NCBI GenBank assembly: GCA_046590325.1 | Contig: JBKJUC010000123.1 | Span: 1-62,849 of the forward strand | DNA length: 62,849 nucleotides | DNA from: Burkholderiales bacterium | GTDB taxonomy: Bacteria > Pseudomonadota > Gammaproteobacteria > Burkholderiales > JACQAP01 | Direction: 5' to 3' | Part shown: piece by piece, positions 53,006 through 62,849 of the stretch | Numbering within the stretch: position 1 is the first letter of the stretch | Layout of the letters: every line of letters starts with the position of its first letter | Notes under the pieces: generated by a model | Database searches by the model: none | Told to the model about the DNA's origin: nothing | The model's input: the letters and a program-made list of their open reading frames with translations, nothing else | Position numbers and translations under genes: made by a program

Positions 53006-54653
53006 GAGCGGGCTGGTTCCGCTCAATTGTGCGCGTGATCTGCCACTGCTGTGCAATGGAAAGAACATTGTTCACCAGCCAGTACAGCACCAGGCCGGCT
53101 GGGAAAAAGAAGAAGAACACGCTGAACACCACCGGCATGATCTTCATCACCTTGGCCTGCACCGGATCCGGGGGAGTCGGATTCAGCCAGGTCTGGATGA
53201 TCATCGTTGCGCCCATCAGCACCGGCAGGATGTAGTACGGGTCCTGTGCCGAAAGATCCTTGATCCACCAGAAGAACGGCGCATTGCGCAGTTCGACGCT
53301 GGCAAGAAGAACCCAGTACAGCGAGATGAACACCGGGATCTGCACCAGGATCGGCAGGCAGCCGCCTAGCGGATTGATCTTCTCGGTCTTGTACATCTCT
53401 ATCATCGCCTGGTGCATGCGCTGGCGATCGTCGCCGAACTGTTCCTTGAGCTTTTGCAGCTTCGGCGCAATGACCCGCATCTTGGCCATGGATTTATAGC
53501 TGGCCGCGGACAGGGGAAAGAAAATCAGCTTGATGAGCACCGTCAGCAGGATGATGGCGACACCCCAGTTGCCTACCCATTTCTGAATCGCGGACAACAC
53601 CCAGAACAGTGGCGCTGCAATAACCGTGAGCCAGCCGTAGTCCACTGTCAGGTCCAGACCCGGTGCGAGTTGCGCCATCCTCTCCTGTTCCTGTGGCCCG
53701 GCGTAGAGCCGCATGTCGACTTCGGCGGAACTGCCGGGCGCGATTTTGCCCGCGGGGACGATAACGCCCGTCGCGTACATTCCATTACCCAATGCACGGG
53801 TATAGAACTCGCGTTGCACTTCGCCGGGGGGCAACCAGGCCGCAGCGAAATAATGCTGCACGAAAGCGACCCAACCGTCCTTCGTATGCTTTGGATAGTC
53901 CGCTTTGCTCTTGTCCATGTCGCCGAAGCTGACCTTGTGGAACTTGGACTCCTGGGTAAATACGGCCGCCCCCGTATAGGTCGGAACCATTTTGGAGTCC
54001 CCGGCGGCCGGGCTGCCATCTCGCAACAACTGAAAATAGGCAAGAGGCTCGATCTCCCCGCCCGTACGGTTGGTGATCTGCAGCTTCTCGTCGATGACAT
54101 AGCTGGCGCGATGGAAGGTCAGCGTCTTAATCAGAGTGACGCCAGCTGCCGTTTTCGCGGTCAGGTCCACGGATATCTCGTCGCTGCCTTCGCGTAGTTC
54201 GTAACTTCCGGCGGCAGCGTGATAGGGCGTTATGTGATTAGGCAGATCGGCGCCGATCAAGCCGCTCTGGGCGACATAGGTCTGGGTGGCCGACTGCTGG
54301 AACAACACGAAGTTCTTGCTACGATCGACCTTGTCCTTGTGCTGGAGAAGTTCGAGCGTCCGCAGCACACCGCCGACGGGGTCGATGTCGGCCACAAAAA
54401 CATCCGTGCGCACAACGATCGGCGCCAGGGAAGTAGCCGGCGTTACCACATTCGGGGCCGCCACTGGTTGTGCCGCAGTCGCGGGTGAGGCCTTCGCACC
54501 GCTAACCGGCGGCAATGACGGCGTCGGCGTGACTGCGGCGGGCTGCGCCGCGGTCGACGGCGGTGGCGGGTTGTTCTGTTTGACCCATGCGTCGAACAAC
54601 AGGAAAACGGAAACGGCGAAAATCATCGCCGCGAAAAGTCGGAGGCTATCCAT
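52992..54653 (-). CDS. yidC: Membrane protein insertase YidC
   Basis: [36 protein letters not shown]. Confidence 0.99.
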   Translation of the reverse strand: MDSLRLFAAMIFAVSVFLLFDAWVKQNNPPPPSTAAQPAAVTPTPSLPPVSGAKASPATAAQPVAAPNVVTPATSLAPIVVRTDVFVADIDPVGGVLRTLELLQHKDKVDRSKNFVLFQQSATQTYVAQSGLIGADLPNHITPYHAAAGSYELREGSDEISVDLTAKTAAGVTLIKTLTFHRASYVIDEKLQITNRTGGEIEPLAYFQLLRDGSPAAGDSKMVPTYTGAAVFTQESKFHKVSFGDMDKSKADYPKHTKDGWVAFVQHYFAAAWLPPGEVQREFYTRALGNGMYATGVIVPAGKIAPGSSAEVDMRLYAGPQEQERMAQLAPGLDLTVDYGWLTVIAAPLFWVLSAIQKWVGNWGVAIILLTVLIKLIFFPLSAASYKSMAKMRVIAPKLQKLKEQFGDDRQRMHQAMIEMYKTEKINPLGGCLPILVQIPVFISLYWVLLASVELRNAPFFWWIKDLSAQDPYYILPVLMGATMIIQTWLNPTPPDPVQAKVMKIMPVVFSVFFFFFPAGLVLYWLVNNVLSIAQQWQITRTIERNQPAHAKR

Positions 54654-54661
54654 GTGATTGT

Positions 54662-54871
54662 CTAGGGTACCGGGTCAGCGCCGCCGGGATGCCAGGGATG
54701 GCAATGCGACAATCGCTTCATCGCCAGCCAGCTGCCACGGATGCTGCCATATCTTGTTATCGCAGTTTTTGCGTATTCCGAGCACGTTGGGTGAAAGCGG
54801 CAGTGATTCCCGACCCACGGGCTAAATAGAAACTGGTACAGCTTGATCAGGCTGAGCATCGCGTAGCGCAT
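54662..54871 (-). CDS. yidD: Membrane protein insertion efficiency factor YidD
   Basis: CRFHPTCSEY, CHPWHPGGADPVP. Confidence 0.97.
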   Translation of the reverse strand: MRYAMLSLIKLYQFLFSPWVGNHCRFHPTCSEYAKTAITRYGSIRGSWLAMKRLSHCHPWHPGGADPVP

Positions 54872-55215
54872 CAGCGACTTTGCATCAGCAGTTTTTCGAG
54901 TTCATGACGGGCTTCCGCAATATTCCGGCGCTCGGCCTGCCGGCGAACCCTGACCACCACGTCAACGCTGCCGATCTCGCCTCGCCTGTTACGGAACACT
55001 TCGCGGATAGTACGCTTCATGAGGGAGCGGTCGACGGAGTCTGGCACTGCGTGCCGGCCCGCCACGATACCCAGCCTGGCCTGGCCTTTCTCCGGCTTAT
55101 TCCTGAACAGAATGGTGAAATACACGCCCTGCCGCCGGGCGGTAAACGCACCTGTGAAATGAGCCACACCAGACAACCTCGCCAGCCGAGGCAGCTTGGC
55201 GCGCGCGACGTTCAC
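54871..55215 (-). CDS. rnpA: Ribonuclease P protein component
   Basis: Between rpmH and yidD; [28 protein letters not shown]; GTG start overlaps the rpmH TGA. Confidence 0.9.
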   Translation of the reverse strand: MNVARAKLPRLARLSGVAHFTGAFTARRQGVYFTILFRNKPEKGQARLGIVAGRHAVPDSVDRSLMKRTIREVFRNRRGEIGSVDVVVRVRRQAERRNIAEARHELEKLLMQSR

Positions 55216-55346
55216 ACTGCCAGACGTGCGCGACCTTTGGCTCGACGGGCTTTGATGACCGCGCGCCCTCCGCGGGTTTTCATGCGTTCGAGGAAGCCGT
55301 GCGTGCGTGCGCGGCGGGTCTTGGACGGCTGATATGTACGTTTCAT
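55212..55346 (-). CDS. rpmH: 50S ribosomal protein L34
   Basis: Manual translation [44 protein letters not shown] (below the ORF-track size cutoff). Confidence 0.99.
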   Translation of the reverse strand: MKRTYQPSKTRRARTHGFLERMKTRGGRAVIKARRAKGRARLAV

Positions 55347-55435
55347 TCGGCGTGCTCCGGATATCTGGCTTTAAAAAGCCGGTCATTACACGGGTTTTCG
55401 GGCTGATTTGTCAACCACATATTGCCTTGGAAGCC

Positions 55436-55444
55436 TGTGGATAA
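55436..55444 (-). promoter_or_regulatory. Perfect DnaA box in dnaA promoter
   Basis: TGTGGATAA (reverse complement TTATCCACA), overlapping the -35 position for TAAAAT at 55461-55466. Confidence 0.9.
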
Positions 55445-55529
55445 CTTGTGCTGCAACTGCTAAAATTCCATCCTCTTAGGGGGACGGTCCCCGGTCGCTT
55501 TTTCAATTAAAACCACAATCCAAGCGCCG

Positions 55530-56855
55530 ATGGAAAGCTTTTGGGATCATTGCCTTCGCCATTTCGAGAAGGTTCTCCCTGCGCAGCAATACAAAACCTG
55601 GATCCAACCTCTGCAAGTACGCTTGGAAGAGGGTGTTTTGACCGTTTGCGCACCCAACCGGTTTGCCCTGGAGTGGATCAAGGATAAGTTTTTGAATGAT
55701 ATCAAACGTCTTTGTTCGCAATCTCTAAAGACGGATGTAGAGGTAGTACTTACTCTCTCTGAAAAGTCCGTAGAACAGGTCGTTCTTCCCATCCCAAATC
55801 CTGCAGCGCCTGCCCCAAAACCCAGAATCCGGGAACAGTCGCGGCTAAATCCAAGTTTTACGTTCGATTCTTTTGTAACGGGAAAAGCAAACCAGTTGGC
55901 CCGTGCCGCCGCCCTACAGGTGGGTGAACATCCGGGCGTCGCCTACAACCCACTATTCGTCTACGGGGGTGTCGGCCTCGGAAAGACTCACCTTATTCAA
56001 GCCATCGGCAACCTTTTGCACGATATAAATCCTGAGGCAAAGGTGCGCTATACCCACGCCGAGCAATACGTCTCCGATGTGGTGCGTGCTTACCAGCACA
56101 AGGCTTTCGATGGATTTAAAAAGTTTTATCACTCACTGGATTTGCTTTTGATCGACGACATCCAGTTTTTCAGCGGCAAGAACCGCACCCAGGAAGAATT
56201 TTTCTACGCGTTCAATGCGCTGATCGAAGCTCACAAGCAGGTCATCATCACCTGCGATACCTACCCCAAGGAAATAAGCGGTATGGAAGATCGCTTGATT
56301 TCCCGTTTCGGATGGGGCTTGACCGTAGCGATTGAGCCGCCCGAACTCGAGATGCGTGTTGCCATCCTTCTCAAGAAGGCCGAGGCCGAAAGGGTGAAAC
56401 TGCCGGAAGACATTGCCTTCTTCATCGCCAATCATATCCAGTCGAATGTGCGCGAACTGGAAGGTGCGCTGAAACGAGTGCTTGCGTATGCCCGGTTTGC
56501 CAATGCCACGGTTACCCTGGATCTGGCCCGTGAAGCCCTGAAGGACCTTCTGGCTGTACAGGTACGGCAGGTTTCTGTCGACAACATCCAGCGCATTGTT
56601 GCCGACTACTACAAAATCAAGGTCTCCGACATGTACTCCAAAAAACGCTCGCGGACGATCGCGCGGCCAAGGCAGGTTGCAATGGCTCTGGCCAAGGAAC
56701 TTACTCACATGAGCCTGCCGGATATTGGAGACGCATTCGGCGGCCGCGACCATACCACGGTGCTCCATGGCTGTAGGAAAATAGCCGAACTCAGATCTTC
56801 GAATCCCGAGATTGCGCGTGACTTTGACGCGCTCCTGCAGACCCTGCGCGGTTGA
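55530..56855 (+). CDS. dnaA: Chromosomal replication initiator DnaA
   Basis: [37 protein letters not shown]. Confidence 0.99.
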   Translation: MESFWDHCLRHFEKVLPAQQYKTWIQPLQVRLEEGVLTVCAPNRFALEWIKDKFLNDIKRLCSQSLKTDVEVVLTLSEKSVEQVVLPIPNPAAPAPKPRIREQSRLNPSFTFDSFVTGKANQLARAAALQVGEHPGVAYNPLFVYGGVGLGKTHLIQAIGNLLHDINPEAKVRYTHAEQYVSDVVRAYQHKAFDGFKKFYHSLDLLLIDDIQFFSGKNRTQEEFFYAFNALIEAHKQVIITCDTYPKEISGMEDRLISRFGWGLTVAIEPPELEMRVAILLKKAEAERVKLPEDIAFFIANHIQSNVRELEGALKRVLAYARFANATVTLDLAREALKDLLAVQVRQVSVDNIQRIVADYYKIKVSDMYSKKRSRTIARPRQVAMALAKELTHMSLPDIGDAFGGRDHTTVLHGCRKIAELRSSNPEIARDFDALLQTLRG

Positions 56856-57030
56856 TAAACCATGTACCGATTGTTGAAAACTCCGGACCGCTGATCAAAG
56901 TAGAAATGATGCACATTTCCTCCACTGCTTCTTCACGAGTTATACAAATGGCAAGCTTGCTGATTAGACGAGTTTTTATGCCGCAATCCACCGATTCATC
57001 CGCAACTATTACTCTTATTAAGGTTTAAGA
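56856..57030. other. Probable oriC (dnaA-dnaN intergenic) with degenerate DnaA boxes and AT-rich unwinding tract
   Basis: TTATACAAA 56940-56948, TCATCCGCA 56996-57004 followed by ACTATTACTCTTATTAAG; position between dnaA and dnaN. Confidence 0.7.
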
Positions 57031-58140
57031 ATGAAAATCCTGGATATAGACAAAGACGTACTGCTAAAACCGTTGCAGGCAGTCTCCGGGATCGTGGAAC
57101 GCCGGCACACGCTGCCGATCCTTTCGAATGTACTGCTTGAAGCGGAAGGCTCAACATTGAATCTCCTGGCGACGGATCTGGAGATTCAGGTTTCGACCTC
57201 CACCACTCTGGAGAAAAAGGTAGGATCAAAGTACGCGATCACCGTTTCAGCGAGAAAGCTCCAGGACATCCTGCGAGCACTTCCGGAGAACACGAACGTG
57301 ACCCTGGATGCCCAGGAGTCGCGCGTGCAGGTCAAGGCCGGGAAAAGCAAATTCAACCTGCAAACACTGCCTTCGCAGGATTTTCCGCGTTTGGCGGAGA
57401 GCAGCAACGCAGGCGGCAAAGTCGAACTTGCGCAGAAGACGCTGCGGGACCTGTTGATGCTGGTCCAGTATGGAATGGCTCAGCAGGACATACGCTATTA
57501 CCTGAACGGCCTTCTTGTCGTTGTTGACGGCCAGCAGCTGACGGTGGTGGCGACTGACGGACACCGGCTGGCGTATGCAGCTACCGAGATTCCGCAGTCC
57601 GTCGAACGCGCCGAAGTCATCATCCCGCGCAAAGCCGTGATCGAGCTGGTGAAGCTCCTCGGCGATGTCGAAGAGCCGGTCGAGGTGCAGTTGTTGCCTA
57701 ATCAAGTACGCTTTTCGTTCTCGGGAATCGAAGTTATCTCCAAGGTGGTCGATGGCAAATTCCCCGATTACAACCGGGTCATTCCGAGCAACTACAAAAA
57801 ACATTTCAAGGTTGGGCGCCAGGTCTTGCAGCAGGCATTGCAAAGAGCATCAATACTTTCCAACGAGAAATTCCGCGGTGTACGCTGGGTGCTTACGCCG
57901 GATGTCCTCAAGATCGTCTGCACCAACGCAGAACAGGAAGAGGCGGAAGAAGAACTCGAGGTCAGCTACAACGGCGACCCGCTGGACATAGGATTCAACA
58001 TTACCTACCTGCTCGATGTCCTGAACAACCTGACTGACGAGGAAATCGATTGTGCCGTGGGAGACGCCAACAGCAGCATGCTGTTGTCCGTACCCGGCAA
58101 CCAGAGTTTCAAGTATGTCGTCATGCCGATGCGCATCTAA
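57031..58140 (+). CDS. dnaN: DNA polymerase III beta clamp
   Basis: LPILSNVLL, ATDLE, ATDGHRL, FPDYNRVIP, VVMPMRI. Confidence 0.99.
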   Translation: MKILDIDKDVLLKPLQAVSGIVERRHTLPILSNVLLEAEGSTLNLLATDLEIQVSTSTTLEKKVGSKYAITVSARKLQDILRALPENTNVTLDAQESRVQVKAGKSKFNLQTLPSQDFPRLAESSNAGGKVELAQKTLRDLLMLVQYGMAQQDIRYYLNGLLVVVDGQQLTVVATDGHRLAYAATEIPQSVERAEVIIPRKAVIELVKLLGDVEEPVEVQLLPNQVRFSFSGIEVISKVVDGKFPDYNRVIPSNYKKHFKVGRQVLQQALQRASILSNEKFRGVRWVLTPDVLKIVCTNAEQEEAEEELEVSYNGDPLDIGFNITYLLDVLNNLTDEEIDCAVGDANSSMLLSVPGNQSFKYVVMPMRI

Positions 58141-58174
58141 GCGATGCGTTCCTGGATCAAAGATAAAGGCCTAA

Positions 58175-60571
<2,397 letters not shown>

Positions 60572-60586
60572 ACTTCGGCCCGGCCG

Positions 60587-62849
60587 TCAGGCAGTTTTCT
60601 TGGCGGCGGGCTTTTTCGCTGGTTTCTTTGCTGCGGTTTTCTTCGCCACCGGTTTTTCCGCCGCTGGTTTGCGCGCTGCGGCCTGTTTCGGCTTTGCCTT
60701 CACAGCCGGTTTCGTCCTGGTGGTTTTTTTGGAAGCGGGTGCCGGTGCTTCCGCCTCCGGTGCCTTGGCCCGCGATGCGCCGCGCCCGCCCTTCTTCTTC
60801 GGGCCCTTGCCGCCCTTCGCTTCCTTGGCCGCCAGCAGTTCGAGCGCTTCCTCCAGCGTGATTTTCTCGGGATCGCTGGATGACGGAATCGTGGCGTTGA
60901 CCTTGCCGTGCTTCACGTACGGGCCATAACGTCCGCTGAAGACCGCAATCGTTTTGTTGTCGTCCGGATGTGTTCCCAGTGCCCGCCCGCCACCCCCCGC
61001 CGCTTTTTTCTCCGCAAGCAGCTGCACTGCGCGATCCAGCGAGATTTCGTGGACGTTCTCCGCCTTCGGTATGGATTTGAACATCCCGTCGTGTTTCACA
61101 TAGGGGCCAAAGCGACCTATGTTCGCTTCCACGGCCTTTCCGGTTTCGGGATGCGCGCCGAGTTGCCGGGGTAGAGAAAGAAGCTTGAGGGCAAGGGCAA
61201 GCGCCTCGGGCGAGGTTTCCGTCGGAACCGGAACGCCCTTCGTCCAGGCCGCGCGTTTTGGTTTCTCTTTTGCGTCCTTGATCGTTTGCCCGAGTTGCAC
61301 GTAATGGCCGTATGGGCCCTTGAGCAACAAGATTTCCATCGACGTAACCGGGTCCTGGCCGAGGATCACGGGACCCAGCGAGGCGCCGCCCCATGGACGG
61401 GTGTAGTCACATTTGGGGTAGCCGCTGCAGCCGAAAAACAGGCCGCGGCTGCTGTTTTGCAACAGCACCGTTTTCTCGCATTTCGGGCAACTCTCCGCAT
61501 GCCGCCCGTTCTTCTGCCATTCCGGATCGAGCAGCGCCTTGGAGAACGAATTCCAGTCGATCACGCGTTCCTTTGCCTGCGGCGTCGGGATGCCTCGCTC
61601 GATGCCTTCCTTCTGCGCGAGGTTGTCCGAAAACCCGGACCAGAATTCGCGCATGACCGCGACCCAGTCGAGTTCGCCGTTGGAAATCTCGTCGAGCTCT
61701 TCCTCCAGGTTCGCGGTGAACTTGTAGTCGACGTAATGACCGAAATGGGTGGTCAGGAAGCCATTGACCAGGCGGCCGATATCCGTCGGTGTGAAGCGCT
61801 TTTTCTCCAGCAAGGCATAGCCGCGGTCCTGCAGTGTCGAAACGATGTTCGCGTAAGTGGACGGCCGCCCGATGCCATACTCCTCGAGTGTTTTGACCAG
61901 GCTTGCTTCGGTGTAGCGCGGCGGCGGCTGGGTGAAATGCTGTTCGCCGAATATCCGGTCCACCGGAATGACTTCCTTTTCCTCCATCACCGGCAGCTTG
62001 GCTTCTTCTTCCTGCTCGACGTCGTCGGCATCTTCCAGGTACACCGCCATGAACCCCGGGAAAACCAGCACCTGGCCGGTGGCGCGGAACAGTGTGTCGG
62101 TATGCCCCACTGATATGTCGACGCTGGTGGTGTCGTACTTGGCCGGCGTCATCTGGCAGGCGACCGTGCGCTTCCAGATCATCTCGTAGAGTGCGGCCTG
62201 GTCTGCGGTCAGGAATTTGCGGACTGAATCGGGCGTGTGGACAACGGAAGTCGGTCGGATTGCCTCGTGCGCTTCCTGGGCGTTCTTCGATTTGCTGCGA
62301 TACTGGATCGGTGCGGGCGGCAGATAGTCCAAATCGAACTTGTTGTTGATGTAGCCGCGGATTTCCTGGAGCGCCTCGTTGGCAAGTGAGAACGAGTCGG
62401 TGCGCATGTAGGTGATGAGGCCGACGGTATCGCCGCCGATGTCGACACCTTCGTAGAGCTGCTGCGCCGTGCTCATGGTGCTTCTGGATGTCATCCCCAG
62501 CTTGCGTACCGCTTCCTGCTGCAGTGTCGAGGTGGTGAACGGAGGCGCGGGCTGGCGGCTCTTGGGTTTGCGTTCTACTTTTACGACCTTGCCGCTGCCT
62601 TTGGCCGCTTTCTCGATGTCCGCGACCAGATCCTTCTGCTGGTTCTCGGCTGCGATGGAGAATTGCTCGATCTTGTCGCCGCGGTACTGGATCAGGCGGG
62701 CGCCGAACTTCTGCTTGCCCTTGTGGCTGTCCAGGTGGACGCTCCAGTACTCCCGCGAATTGAAGTTCTCGATCTCCTGCTCGCGCTCGACGATCAATCG
62801 CAGCGCGGGGCTCTGGACCCGGCCGGCCGAAAGGCTCGGGCCGATTTTC
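60587..62849 (-). CDS. topA: DNA topoisomerase I (5' end outside window)
   Basis: Frame is open to the window edge (KIGPSLSAGRVQSPAL); GLITYMRTDS active-site Tyr, AQEAHEAIRPT, GIGRPSTY; zinc ribbon, Topo C-terminal repeats and Lys/Ala tail. Confidence 0.98.
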   Translation of the reverse strand, partial: KIGPSLSAGRVQSPALRLIVEREQEIENFNSREYWSVHLDSHKGKQKFGARLIQYRGDKIEQFSIAAENQQKDLVADIEKAAKGSGKVVKVERKPKSRQPAPPFTTSTLQQEAVRKLGMTSRSTMSTAQQLYEGVDIGGDTVGLITYMRTDSFSLANEALQEIRGYINNKFDLDYLPPAPIQYRSKSKNAQEAHEAIRPTSVVHTPDSVRKFLTADQAALYEMIWKRTVACQMTPAKYDTTSVDISVGHTDTLFRATGQVLVFPGFMAVYLEDADDVEQEEEAKLPVMEEKEVIPVDRIFGEQHFTQPPPRYTEASLVKTLEEYGIGRPSTYANIVSTLQDRGYALLEKKRFTPTDIGRLVNGFLTTHFGHYVDYKFTANLEEELDEISNGELDWVAVMREFWSGFSDNLAQKEGIERGIPTPQAKERVIDWNSFSKALLDPEWQKNGRHAESCPKCEKTVLLQNSSRGLFFGCSGYPKCDYTRPWGGASLGPVILGQDPVTSMEILLLKGPYGHYVQLGQTIKDAKEKPKRAAWTKGVPVPTETSPEALALALKLLSLPRQLGAHPETGKAVEANIGRFGPYVKHDGMFKSIPKAENVHEISLDRAVQLLAEKKAAGGGGRALGTHPDDNKTIAVFSGRYGPYVKHGKVNATIPSSSDPEKITLEEALELLAAKEAKGGKGPKKKGGRGASRAKAPEAEAPAPASKKTTRTKPAVKAKPKQAAARKPAAEKPVAKKTAAKKPAKKPAAKKTA

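Noticed and set aside
58141-58174. Absence of recF between dnaN and gyrB
   Set aside because: Normal for Betaproteobacteria.

Overview
High-GC betaproteobacterial chromosome window that spans the replication origin. The right third is the classic origin region: atpIBEFHAGDC, parB-parA-rsmG-mnmG, a tandem parS pair, mnmE-yidC-yidD-rnpA-rpmH, dnaA-oriC-dnaN-gyrB, and a convergent topA. The left part holds housekeeping genes (metX, lptE, leuS, uvrD, thrB, polA, msbA), an orphan phosphoribulokinase, a small stress islet (sodC, osmC, ferredoxin, an unannotated small protein), a ydcSTUV-patD polyamine operon, a cobalamin riboswitch-btuB unit and zapB-like/zapA/6S RNA. The best candidate for an undescribed system is the operon at 30.6-39.4 kb: a Liv-type ABC importer, an ArgE/DapE-like M20 amidohydrolase, a fused MdcD-MdcE decarboxylase and malonyl-CoA synthetase MatB, with no Mdc ACP machinery and no MatA. 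This suggests a CoA-dependent route for catabolising N-malonyl (or malonamide-type) compounds, which is inference. Other signals are several orphan inverted-repeat or heptamer elements in intergenic gaps, a pair of overlapping divergent sigma54-like promoters, and a phaZ C-terminal remnant. All assignments come from reading motifs by eye; no database searches were run.
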